DNA of 64,000 nucleotides from Syntrophomonadaceae bacterium (GTDB lineage: Bacteria; Bacteroidota; Ignavibacteria; Ignavibacteriales; SURF-24). The stretch covers positions 23,374 to 87,373 of the forward strand of contig JBLNAZ010000082.1 in NCBI GenBank assembly GCA_050259615.1, read 5' to 3'. Below are positions 46,226 through 55,236 of this stretch, one piece after another. The position numbers were made by a program, and so were the translations under genes. The notes beneath the pieces are model-generated. The model was not told where the DNA came from, ran no database searches, and saw nothing but the letters and a program-made list of their open reading frames with translations. The first letter of the stretch is position 1. Each line of letters opens with the position of its first letter.

Positions 46226-48121
46226 ATGTCTGAAGAAAACAAACTCCATGGCGAGGTTTTCTATCCTTCTGAAGCCGTTATTAATAAGGCGCATGCAAAG
46301 GACTGGGATAAAATCTGCAAAGAAGCAGAAGAGGATCTGGAGGGCTTCTGGGCTAGTGAGGCAGAGGAACTCCATTGGTTTAAGAAATGGGATAAGGTTT
46401 TGGACGACAGCCAGAAACCTTTTTATAAATGGTTTACAGGGGCAAAGACTAACATTGTCTATAACTGCCTCGACCGTCATACACAGACTTTCCGCAGGAA
46501 CAAGCTTGCACTCATCTGGGAAGGGGAGAGCGGGGAATTCCGCAGCTTTTCATATTTTGCACTCAGGCGCGATACATGCCGCTTTGCCAGCATTCTGAAA
46601 AGTCTCGGTGTACAAAAAGGAGACAGGGTAACACTCTACATGGGAAGAATACCCGAACTTGTAATAGCAATGCTTGCATGTGCAAGAATAGGAGCCATAC
46701 ACTCCGTGGTTTACGGAGGCTTTTCCGTGGAAGCCCTTCACGAAAGACTTGAGGACAGCCAGTCGAAAGTTCTTGTTGTAGCCGACGGAAGCTACCAGAG
46801 AGGGAAAACTGTACACCTGAAGCAGATTGCCGATGAGGCACTTCAAAGAGCTGCAACAGTTGAAAGCGTGCTGGTTGTAAAACGTACGGGCGAGGAAGTA
46901 AACATGGAAGCCGGGCGCGACATGTGGTACCACGAGCTGATGAACCTTCCTATTGCCGGCTCAGCCTGCCACATTGAAGTAATGGATGCCGAGGATCCGC
47001 TTTTTATTCTTTATACCTCAGGTACTACCGGAAAACCCAAGGCTATCGTACACACGCACGGCGGCTACATGGTGGGTGTTTATTCAACTCTTAAATATGT
47101 GTTTGATATACATGAGGAAGACCGCTACTGGTGCAGCGCCGATCCGGGCTGGATCACTGGCCACAGCTATATCGTTTACGGACCCCTTCTGAACGGCACC
47201 ACATCTTTTATGTATGAGGGCGCCCCGACGCACCCGTTCCCGAACCGCTGGTGGCAGATGATTGAAAAGTACGGCATTAATCTTCTCTATACGGCACCTA
47301 CTGCCATCAGGGGACTTATGCGTTACGGCGAGGCCTGGCCTAACAGGTACGACCTCTCATCACTCCGCATACTCGGTTCCGTTGGCGAACCGATAAATCC
47401 CGAAGCATGGAAATGGTACTACAGGACTATCGGAAAGGAACGCTGCCCGATAATGGATACGTGGTGGCAGACTGAAACAGGGATGTTCATGGTTACGCCT
47501 GTTCCCACCATGCCCCTTAAACCGGGCTCGGGTACAAGACCTTTTGCAGGACTTCAGATGGATGTGGTAAACGAGGATGGAGTGCCGGCAGCTCCCAATG
47601 AAGAAGGATACCTCGTTATCAAAACTCCATGGCCCGCAATGATAAGAACTATTTATAAGGATCCCGACAGATATGTAAACCAGTACTGGAGCCGATTCCC
47701 GGGGATGTATATGACAGGCGACTCTGCGCGTAAGGACGAGGACGGCTACTTCTGGATAATAGGCAGGGTTGATGATGTACTTAAAGTTTCAGGCTACCGC
47801 CTGGGAACAGCTGAAATTGAAAGCGCCCTGGTAAGCCACCCGGCCGTTGCCGAGGCTGCTGCAATAGGACTGCCGCACGATGTAAAGGGAAATGCAATTT
47901 ATTCTTATGTGATACTGAAATCGGGATTTGAAAAAAGCGACCAGCTTGCCGAAGAGCTGCGCCAGCACGTGGGCCATGAAATGGGTCCAATTGCAAAACC
48001 CGAAAAAGTGGAATTTGTGGATACGCTTCCAAAAACCAGGAGCGGAAAAATAATGCGCCGCGTCCTAAAGGCTCAGGCCCTGGGGCAGGATCCCGGAAAC
48101 ATTTCCACGCTCGAAGAATAA
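46226..48121 (+). CDS. acs: acetyl-CoA synthetase (AMP-forming)
   Basis: 631 aa. YTSGTTGKPK, C-terminal PKTRSGKIMRR, N-terminal region typical of Acs. GGAGAGG lies upstream of the ATG. Confidence 0.9.
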   Translation: MSEENKLHGEVFYPSEAVINKAHAKDWDKICKEAEEDLEGFWASEAEELHWFKKWDKVLDDSQKPFYKWFTGAKTNIVYNCLDRHTQTFRRNKLALIWEGESGEFRSFSYFALRRDTCRFASILKSLGVQKGDRVTLYMGRIPELVIAMLACARIGAIHSVVYGGFSVEALHERLEDSQSKVLVVADGSYQRGKTVHLKQIADEALQRAATVESVLVVKRTGEEVNMEAGRDMWYHELMNLPIAGSACHIEVMDAEDPLFILYTSGTTGKPKAIVHTHGGYMVGVYSTLKYVFDIHEEDRYWCSADPGWITGHSYIVYGPLLNGTTSFMYEGAPTHPFPNRWWQMIEKYGINLLYTAPTAIRGLMRYGEAWPNRYDLSSLRILGSVGEPINPEAWKWYYRTIGKERCPIMDTWWQTETGMFMVTPVPTMPLKPGSGTRPFAGLQMDVVNEDGVPAAPNEEGYLVIKTPWPAMIRTIYKDPDRYVNQYWSRFPGMYMTGDSARKDEDGYFWIIGRVDDVLKVSGYRLGTAEIESALVSHPAVAEAAAIGLPHDVKGNAIYSYVILKSGFEKSDQLAEELRQHVGHEMGPIAKPEKVEFVDTLPKTRSGKIMRRVLKAQALGQDPGNISTLEE

Positions 48122-48130
48122 TCTTTTCTG

Positions 48131-48158
48131 TGGTGTCAGGAACCACTTCCTGACACCA
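48131..48158. terminator. perfect 12-bp hairpin between convergent acs and dGTPase-like genes
   Basis: TGGTGTCAGGAA (48131..48142), loop CCAC, TTCCTGACACCA (48147..48158). No clean U-run on either side. Confidence 0.5.
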
Positions 48159-48183
48159 TAGTCCTCCGTGGAGGGCGGGCTTT

Positions 48184-49554
48184 TCATATGCTTGCCAGCG
48201 AAATACCTTTTACCCTTCTGAATAAAGAAATGGCGTATGTATCTGTCATCCCCGATACATAATCCGTAATCCTGAGCAGTCTTAAGTACAGATCTTTCTC
48301 CGGAATGCCTCCGGAATTTAAGAACTGTTTGGGCAAAAGCTGAAGCACCTTTGAATTCTTATGGCTTGCATTGCCGTCCGAGGCGGCATTGACGGCAGTA
48401 ATAAAAATGTCCAGCAGTCCGCCTAAGACCTCATAGCCCGCAGTCTCTCTTTCAATCACGCTCTTATAGGAATAAATCTCTTCCTTGGAAACCCTTTTAA
48501 TTTCTTTCAGGACTTTAGCCGAAGGGATTATATTTATCAGGTCCTCGGTAAGTCTGCCTTCCATGATGTTCTCCTCCTCATCTGAGAAGACTTCAGAAAG
48601 CTGATAAACCAAAGAACTCATCGCCTTGGCTCTGAGATAACCGATCTTATCGTTATTGTCGCGTCCTTCGTAGGACTTCAGTGTGCTTTCATCAATAAGC
48701 GCTCTAAGCATTTCTTCAGTCCTGCTGAAAGATTCAAGTCCAAGATGGAATCCGTCCTCAAGGTCCATGATCCTGTATGTGATATCATCTGCAGCTTCAA
48801 CGAGGAATGACAGCGGGTGCCGGCTCCAGAAGAAGCAGTTTTCATCTTCGCAGTTTTTCAGAAGTCCCACTTCTTTAGCAACTTCCCTGAAGAGTTCTTT
48901 TTCCGACTGAAAGAAGCCGTATTTTTTATGAGCCTTGCCCCTGAGGATCACAGATTCACCGGGTACAAATGATTCCTGAGGGTATTTTGTAAGTGCAGAA
49001 AGAGTTGCTGCTGTAAGGCAGAGGCCTCCGAATATAGTAGGGTTCTGAAGCTTGGTTATAATTCTGAATCCCTGGGCGTTACCTTCAAATTTTATGAAGT
49101 CGTTCCATTTCTTTTTGTCTTTAAGCTTTTTTTCAAACTGACTTCCGTTGCCGTGTTTGAAGTACTCCGAAATTGCGTCTTCGCCGGAGTGTCCAAAGGG
49201 CGGGTTGCCGATGTCGTGTGCCAGGCAAGCTGCGGCCACAATTTCGCCGAAGTGGAATTTTGTAAATTTATCTTTAAGATCTGAGTGTCTTTCAAGAATT
49301 CTTTCGCCGACGAGGTTGCCGAGTGATCGTCCGATGCACGAGACTTCAAGGGAGTGAGTAAGGCGGTTATGCACAAAGTCACTTTCGGGCAGAGGGAATA
49401 CCTGAGTCTTATCCTGCAGGCGTCTGAAGGCAGAAGAAAACACAATTCTGTCGAAGTCGCGCTGGAACTCGCTGCGTCCGTCATTAGAAAGCGGAAGGGC
49501 CGCCTTACCTATTTCACCGAGGCGTCTGTTAGAAAGTAAACGTTCCCAATTCAT
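48184..49554 (-). CDS. dGTP triphosphohydrolase-like HD-domain protein
   Basis: RLTHSLEVS and CLAHDIGNPPFGHSGE HD-domain motifs; FQRDFDRIVFSSAFRRLQDKTQV N-terminal block typical of the Dgt family. Confidence 0.85.
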   Translation of the reverse strand: MNWERLLSNRRLGEIGKAALPLSNDGRSEFQRDFDRIVFSSAFRRLQDKTQVFPLPESDFVHNRLTHSLEVSCIGRSLGNLVGERILERHSDLKDKFTKFHFGEIVAAACLAHDIGNPPFGHSGEDAISEYFKHGNGSQFEKKLKDKKKWNDFIKFEGNAQGFRIITKLQNPTIFGGLCLTAATLSALTKYPQESFVPGESVILRGKAHKKYGFFQSEKELFREVAKEVGLLKNCEDENCFFWSRHPLSFLVEAADDITYRIMDLEDGFHLGLESFSRTEEMLRALIDESTLKSYEGRDNNDKIGYLRAKAMSSLVYQLSEVFSDEEENIMEGRLTEDLINIIPSAKVLKEIKRVSKEEIYSYKSVIERETAGYEVLGGLLDIFITAVNAASDGNASHKNSKVLQLLPKQFLNSGGIPEKDLYLRLLRITDYVSGMTDTYAISLFRRVKGISLASI

Positions 49555-49675
49555 ATGAACCTTTTAATAAAAAATTTATATCCCTAAATCTACAGAAAAG
49601 AGTTCAAATATTTCTTATTAATTCACAAAAAACACGGTTTGACAATGAATTGGCTTACACAATTCATTTTCATCT

Positions 49676-50851
49676 CTACTCAAACGCGTACAGATATCCA
49701 TCGTCGCAGCCGATATACATTACGCCATTGTCAATTACGGGAGACGACTGGACTGGGCCTTCTAAATATACTCCCCACTTCTCTTCGCCTGTTAATGCAT
49801 TTACTCCATATATAACTCCGTTCCAGCACCCGAAATATACCATATTGCCTGCAACTACTGGTGAGGAGAAAACATTTGCCTGAGTTTTTACTCTCCACTT
49901 TTCTTTTCCCGTTTTCATATCCACTGCATTGAAAAACTGCGCGTCGGAACTGCCTGAATATACAAGTCCGTTTACAACGGCAGGAGATGTAATAACCCAT
50001 GAGCCTTCATGATCAAACGTCCACTTCTTTTCTCCCGTTTTAATATCAAGCGCATAAAGCATCCCGTCGCGGCTGCCGAAAAATACCATGCTGTCTGTTA
50101 CTGCAGGACTAGACTGCACTTCTCCTTTGGGAAAATATTTGTTTCCTTTTGTCTTGAATTTCCAGACCGCCTTGCCTGAGGATGCATCGAGTGCGAAAAG
50201 ATTGCCGTCGTGGCTTCCGAAATATACAACGCCGTCTTTAATTGCCGGGGAAGAGCGCACAATGCCCTCGGTCCTGAATTTCCAACTGAGACTTCCGTCC
50301 TTTGCATTTAATGCATAGACATTTCCGTCACCGGCACCGAAGAAAACTGTTCCCTTATCAACTGCAGGAGACGACAAAAAGTAATCCCAGCCTCCGTTTT
50401 TATAACTGCCCCTCGGCTGATTTAACTCTTCACCCGTTTCAAATTTCCAGAGGAGCTTTCCTGTCTTTGCTTCAAGCGCATAGAAATAATTATCATGGCT
50501 TAAAAAATAAACCGTGCCTTCTGAAAGAGCAGGGGAGGATGATATTTCATCTGCTGTCCCATATTTCCACAGCATTTTGCCTGATGCCTTATCCAGGGCA
50601 TAAAAATGTTTATCCCTGCTTCCGAAAAATACCATTCCGTCATAAACTGCCGGAGTGCTTCTTACCATTCCATCTGTCTTAAACTTCCATTTGAATTTTC
50701 CTGAATCGCTGAACGAAGATGAACTGCAGACGCCAGTATGCTGAAGGTTTCCCCTGAAAGTCTGGCACGGACTCTGGGCCATGAGGCTATGGAATAAGAA
50801 GAAAAATAAAAGAGTATGAAGAATGCCGGGATTGATCTTTAAGTTATGCAC
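49676..50851 (-). CDS. secreted PQQ-like (BamB-like) beta-propeller repeat protein
   Basis: Signal peptide, then repeated units G.V(Y/F)FGS.D..(L/F)YALD..(T/S)GK..WKF.T. Confidence 0.8.
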   Translation of the reverse strand: MHNLKINPGILHTLLFFFLFHSLMAQSPCQTFRGNLQHTGVCSSSSFSDSGKFKWKFKTDGMVRSTPAVYDGMVFFGSRDKHFYALDKASGKMLWKYGTADEISSSPALSEGTVYFLSHDNYFYALEAKTGKLLWKFETGEELNQPRGSYKNGGWDYFLSSPAVDKGTVFFGAGDGNVYALNAKDGSLSWKFRTEGIVRSSPAIKDGVVYFGSHDGNLFALDASSGKAVWKFKTKGNKYFPKGEVQSSPAVTDSMVFFGSRDGMLYALDIKTGEKKWTFDHEGSWVITSPAVVNGLVYSGSSDAQFFNAVDMKTGKEKWRVKTQANVFSSPVVAGNMVYFGCWNGVIYGVNALTGEEKWGVYLEGPVQSSPVIDNGVMYIGCDDGYLYAFE

Positions 50852-50877
50852 AGAGAATTACTCCTTATATGTTGTCA

Positions 50878-50910
50878 GAAAACAGTTAGAGCGGAAAATA
50901 TTCCGCTCTA
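50878..50910 (-). terminator. terminator of the tricarboxylate operon
   Basis: TAGAGCGGAA (50887..50896), loop AATA, TTCCGCTCTA (50901..50910). On the minus strand it is followed by ACTGTTTTC. Confidence 0.7.
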
Positions 50911-50943
50911 AATATAACACGAACCAAATATATAATTTGGGTA

Positions 50944-52500
50944 TTATTCGGTAACCTGGAACACTGAATCGAGCACTGTCCCGTCCACCCATTTGACTAC
51001 AGCCACAACTTTGTCCTTATTGATTTTCGGCTTAGCCGGGGCGCCGCCGCAGATCTCGAAAACCTCGTCGCGTATCTGCTCAATCGGCTTAATTGGAAGG
51101 CTTGAATTCTCAACCGCCTTTAAGAGGTCCTGCCTCTTAGGGTTTATTGCAATGCCGCGTTCAGTTATAATGACGTCTATCAGCTCGCCGGGCCCGCAGA
51201 GTGTGGTGACTTCATCCACAATTACAGGTATTCTGTCGCGGAAAGAGGGAATTGCAAGAATGGTGCATTTTGAGTAGAGACAGTTCTGCCAGCCGCCTAT
51301 TCCGTGTAGAAGGTATCCGTCTGAATGCGTTACAACGTTTGCATTAAAGTTTACATCCACTTCGGTAGCCCCAAGGACTGCGGTATCGATAATGGAGGCA
51401 AAGTTGCCCTTGCCGTGGAAGTTATAGCTGGTAAAGGGACTCGTGTTAACGTGATTGGGGTTTTCTCTCATCGAGCGTACGCCTTCAAGATCGAATGTCT
51501 GTCCGTCTAATATGTAATCTGTAAGTCCTTCTTCCAGAAGCTGCACAAGGTACTTCGTGCTGCCGCCTCTTACAAAACGGGCCTTTACTCCCTTTGCTTT
51601 CATCTTTTCTTTCAGGTATAAAACGAATGCCAGATTAGTTCCTCCTGCACCTGCCTGGAAGGAAAATCCGTCTTTCATGATACCTGCTTCTTCAATAAAC
51701 TGTGCGACGTATTCAGCAATAAGAAGCCTGTCGGGGCTCTTAGTTACTTCCGTTGTTCCTGAAACAATTTTGGAAGCGTCTCCAAGTGAATCTATCTGAA
51801 CTACATAATCCACGTTGTTTCCCTGTATCTGCCAAGGAACGCAGGGGAAGGGAACAAGGTTGTCTGTTACAACAATTACACGGTCGGCATACTCAGAGTC
51901 GCCAAGTGCAAAGCCAATAAGACCGCTTGCCGACTTACCGTTGACGCCGTTTGCATTGCCGAAGGCGTCAGCCGTCGGTGAAGCAATTACTGCAATATCA
52001 ATATGAACCTCACCATCCTGTATCGCCTGGTAGCGACCGCCGTGTGAACGGAGAACACCTACGCCCTTCATTTTCCCCTGTGTGGTATAGCGGCCTAAAG
52101 GACCGTTCATGCTTCCTTCAATGTGGCTTATTGTGCCGTCTTCAAGGTATGGGATCAGGTGCTCATGGCAGGGAAAAGATGCACTCGGGAACCAGCGAAT
52201 GTTCTTAATGCCCATTTCATGAATTACGTCAAAGAGCATATTTGTAAGTACGTCGCCGTTTCTTAAATGGTGATGCGTTGAGATGGTCATGCCGTCTTTA
52301 ATGCCCGCCTTTACTAAAGCTTCCTTAAGGCTGCCAGCCAGTTTATTGCCGTCTTCAGGATAATCTATGCAGCTTCTTATCTGCGGCTTCGCCTTGCAGC
52401 CCTCGGGTTTATATTTATTTACTCCCTGGAAGGGGATCTGGGGCTCTCCGTTTATTTCATCCGGAACAAGTCTTCCGGCAGCATTTTTCAGTAGTTTCAT
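50944..52500 (-). CDS. citF: citrate lyase alpha subunit (citrate CoA-transferase)
   Basis: 518 aa with the STHHHLRNGD block typical of CitF. Its start lies 2 nt after the CitDE stop. Confidence 0.82.
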   Translation of the reverse strand: MKLLKNAAGRLVPDEINGEPQIPFQGVNKYKPEGCKAKPQIRSCIDYPEDGNKLAGSLKEALVKAGIKDGMTISTHHHLRNGDVLTNMLFDVIHEMGIKNIRWFPSASFPCHEHLIPYLEDGTISHIEGSMNGPLGRYTTQGKMKGVGVLRSHGGRYQAIQDGEVHIDIAVIASPTADAFGNANGVNGKSASGLIGFALGDSEYADRVIVVTDNLVPFPCVPWQIQGNNVDYVVQIDSLGDASKIVSGTTEVTKSPDRLLIAEYVAQFIEEAGIMKDGFSFQAGAGGTNLAFVLYLKEKMKAKGVKARFVRGGSTKYLVQLLEEGLTDYILDGQTFDLEGVRSMRENPNHVNTSPFTSYNFHGKGNFASIIDTAVLGATEVDVNFNANVVTHSDGYLLHGIGGWQNCLYSKCTILAIPSFRDRIPVIVDEVTTLCGPGELIDVIITERGIAINPKRQDLLKAVENSSLPIKPIEQIRDEVFEICGGAPAKPKINKDKVVAVVKWVDGTVLDSVFQVTE

Positions 52501-52502
52501 TT

Positions 52503-53720
52503 TCAGCTCATCCTCCAGTCTTCTGGAATAAGTTTATTTAACAGTGCCAGATGAATAGTGTTGCGTGCCCTTTTTACTACAGGCGCATCAATCATTTTGC
52601 TTCCCAGGGAAACCACGCCTATGCCTTTTCTTTCAGCGTCTTCAAAGGCAAGCACAATTTTCTTTGCCTTCTCTATTTCAGCTTCACCCGGGGCAAAGGC
52701 TTCATTGATGACCTTAATCTGCCTCGGGTGTATGCAGCCTTTGCCTTCAAAGCCTAACGACTTTGCTTCAAGGACGCTTTTACGCAGGCCTTCCATATCG
52801 CTTACATCCGAAAATACGGTGTCTATTGCCTGTATGCCCGCAGCCTTTGCGGCATTTACCAGCATGGAACGCGCAAAGAAGCTTTCTTTTCCTTCGTCTG
52901 TCCTCTGAGTGCCAAGGTCTGCCGTATAATCCTCAAGTCCTATTGCAAGCGAACATACATTTTCGCTTGCCGAGGCAATTTCGTAAGCTCTCATTATTCC
53001 GAGCGCGCTTTCAATTATCGGCATGTAGTAAATTTCATTTGTAATATTGTATTCTTTCTTAAGGCGCAGCACCTCGTTATCCACGTCGTATACCTGCTCG
53101 GCGCTTTCGCACTTGGGAATTAAAATTACGTGAACGTTGTGAGGCACAATAAAATTAAGATCGCTTTTACCAAGCGGAAGCTGGTTGATCCTTACCATTC
53201 TTTCCACGCCGTAGAAGTCAACCGTGCGCAGAGCGTTTCTGACCATAAGCTGTGCGGCCTCTTTTTCTACAGGAGCAACGCTGTCCTCAAGATCAAGTAT
53301 TATTCCGTCAGGCTCATGAAGTCCAGCATTCGGGAAGAACTTTGGTTCGTTGCCCGGAAGGTAAAGCCTGCTTCTTCTTAACTTTTCCTTTGTTGTTGCA
53401 TAAGTGTTTCTCTTATTCATCGGAAGAAGGTATTGTTTTTTATTCTCTGGGAATAGCCTGTTTACTGCAAGCTCAAACCTTGCTGCAAGCACAAAGGGGA
53501 GTGCACCGCTGTCCTCCAGGAGGACGTGCGCATTTGCAATTTCAAAATATTCGCACATGTCAAGGATAAGCTTACGGATGGACTCTCCGTACATAGTCTC
53601 AACCTTGCTCTTAATTTCCAGTTCAATTCCGCCGGAGGACTTCAGCTCTATTTCAAAGTAGCAGTCCGAACGGACTTTGTCTCCCTGCTTTCCGGCAGAA
53701 GTTTTCTTTAATTGTTCCAT
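52503..53720 (-). CDS. citE: fused citrate lyase acyl-carrier (gamma, CitD) and citryl-CoA lyase (beta, CitE) subunits
   Basis: The N-terminal ~95 aa align by eye to CitD (SAG...RSD..., SGALPFVLAARFELAV). The remainder carries HpcH/CitE motifs RSRLYLPGNEPKF, DLEDSVAPVEK, GFEGKGCIHPRQI. Confidence 0.78.
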   Translation of the reverse strand: MEQLKKTSAGKQGDKVRSDCYFEIELKSSGGIELEIKSKVETMYGESIRKLILDMCEYFEIANAHVLLEDSGALPFVLAARFELAVNRLFPENKKQYLLPMNKRNTYATTKEKLRRSRLYLPGNEPKFFPNAGLHEPDGIILDLEDSVAPVEKEAAQLMVRNALRTVDFYGVERMVRINQLPLGKSDLNFIVPHNVHVILIPKCESAEQVYDVDNEVLRLKKEYNITNEIYYMPIIESALGIMRAYEIASASENVCSLAIGLEDYTADLGTQRTDEGKESFFARSMLVNAAKAAGIQAIDTVFSDVSDMEGLRKSVLEAKSLGFEGKGCIHPRQIKVINEAFAPGEAEIEKAKKIVLAFEDAERKGIGVVSLGSKMIDAPVVKRARNTIHLALLNKLIPEDWRMS

Positions 53721-53751
53721 ATGTTTCTCTTGAGTTAATTAAAGTTAATTC

Positions 53752-53780
53752 CGGCATTAAGGCCAGAGGTCTTAATGCCG
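53752..53780 (-). other. intercistronic perfect 10-bp stem-loop (PrpD-family / CitDE spacer)
   Basis: CGGCATTAAG (53752..53761), 9-nt loop, CTTAATGCCG (53771..53780). Confidence 0.55.
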
Positions 53781-53796
53781 TAAACATCCGTATTTT

Positions 53797-55164
53797 CTAA
53801 ACTACAAGGCTGGCCATAAATTCTTTTGCTGTCATGTTTTCACAGCTGAATATGGTCTCTTTTACCGCCTTCTGTCTTTCAGCTGAAAGGAGCTTTGATG
53901 AAAGCGCATTGAATTTATTTTCAAGGTCTTCCATTGTCATCGGTTCTCTCGGATCACCTTTGGGGAATTCCAGGTATTCGGTAAATTCACGTCCGTCTAC
54001 TGTTCTGATCTTAACCCTTGAAGGCTGCTTGGCCGGGAACATTTTTTCAAACTCTAAAGATGCCTCGCCCTTTATCTTATCTATTACTTCCCAGATTGCG
54101 GGATCTTTCATCTTTTCTTCAGAGAAGGAGTTTGTAGTAATCTTATGGTCAACCAGTGCCGCGGCAATGCAGTAGGGGAGTGAATGGTCTGCAGTCTCCC
54201 TTGATTCAGGACGGTACTTGTGAGGGTCGAACAGTATGTCGCATGCCCTTGCAATTGTTGTAACAGTAACTGAATCTATATCCTTATAGCTGATATTATT
54301 TTTTGTTACCACTTTCAGCGTGCATGTAATGTGCGTATGCGTAAGGGCTTCAGTGGGGAATGCCTTCATGCTGCATTCCATAATCTTAAACTTCTGCCCG
54401 AGATCGCAGAGGAGCTTATCATTGTCCCATTTGGGACCGAATACATCCATGAATCCCTCTTTTCCTTCAAATACGGCTTCTGTACCCGTGTAGCCTTTCT
54501 GGGCCATAAGAGCTGCAAAGACGCCTGCCTGAACAGCCATGGGGTCAACCGTATTTTTCATCATCGTAAGCTTTCCAGCAGTGGGGCAGCCTATGGTGTG
54601 GTTATGGGAGCCGTTAATACCAATAGCGTGAACCATCTGGTCAACCGTAAGTCCCAGAACTTTTCCGGCAACAATAGGAGAAACAAACTGTGTTAAAGTT
54701 GCATGATGCCACTTGCGCTCACGCACTCCCGGGACTGCAAACTCGCACAGGCGCTGCTCAAATTCATATGCAAGCACAATTGCCGTAATTACGTCCTTCA
54801 TTGAAGCTCCCGAAAGTTCTGCAGCCGAAAGTGCAGCGGGAATTAAATCCGAAGGATGTGAAGGATCTTCTTTCCAGTATATGTCGTTAAAATCCAGTGC
54901 GCGAATCATGAGTGAGTTAACAAGGGCTGCGTTAACAGCAGGCATCTTGTCGCCGAAACCGATCAGTGCTGCCTGGCTGTTTCCGCCCATTTCTTTATAA
55001 ATATCCCTAAGAATGTTAACGTCTTTGGTGTGGTAGCCTCCGTAGGCGCATCCCACAGAATCGTACAGGTATCTTTTGACTTCATTGACTACTTCCTTTG
55101 GAAGGTCCTCATATTTAAGGTTAACTGCAAATTCAGCAATCTGACGTGAAAATGACTTTTCCAT
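53797..55164 (-). CDS. MmgE/PrpD-family protein (2-methylcitrate dehydratase-like)
   Basis: 455 aa. The N-terminal pattern FAVNLKYEDLPKEVVNEVKRYLYDSVGCAYGG is typical of the PrpD family. Substrate not inferable. Confidence 0.8.
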   Translation of the reverse strand: MEKSFSRQIAEFAVNLKYEDLPKEVVNEVKRYLYDSVGCAYGGYHTKDVNILRDIYKEMGGNSQAALIGFGDKMPAVNAALVNSLMIRALDFNDIYWKEDPSHPSDLIPAALSAAELSGASMKDVITAIVLAYEFEQRLCEFAVPGVRERKWHHATLTQFVSPIVAGKVLGLTVDQMVHAIGINGSHNHTIGCPTAGKLTMMKNTVDPMAVQAGVFAALMAQKGYTGTEAVFEGKEGFMDVFGPKWDNDKLLCDLGQKFKIMECSMKAFPTEALTHTHITCTLKVVTKNNISYKDIDSVTVTTIARACDILFDPHKYRPESRETADHSLPYCIAAALVDHKITTNSFSEEKMKDPAIWEVIDKIKGEASLEFEKMFPAKQPSRVKIRTVDGREFTEYLEFPKGDPREPMTMEDLENKFNALSSKLLSAERQKAVKETIFSCENMTAKEFMASLVV

Positions 55165-55236
55165 AATACCTCTGATAAAATTTTACTGGAAGACAGCCCA
55201 TTAAAAGCCGAGCCGCCTTCCAAAGTTTTATAAATC

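Noticed and set aside
45316-48146. Arg/Pro/Ala-rich ORFs overlapping uvrA and acs on either strand (45316..45642, 46151..46480, 46248..46598, 46550..46933, 47781..48146)
   Set aside because: Their composition is typical of reverse-frame translation of conserved genes. uvrA and acs are unambiguous and occupy the region.
49644-49668. 9-bp AT-rich hairpin AATGAATTG/CAATTCATT downstream of the PQQ-propeller gene as a terminator
   Set aside because: The stem is weak and AT-only, and the U-run begins about 10 nt after the stem on the transcribed strand. It is too marginal to list as a feature.
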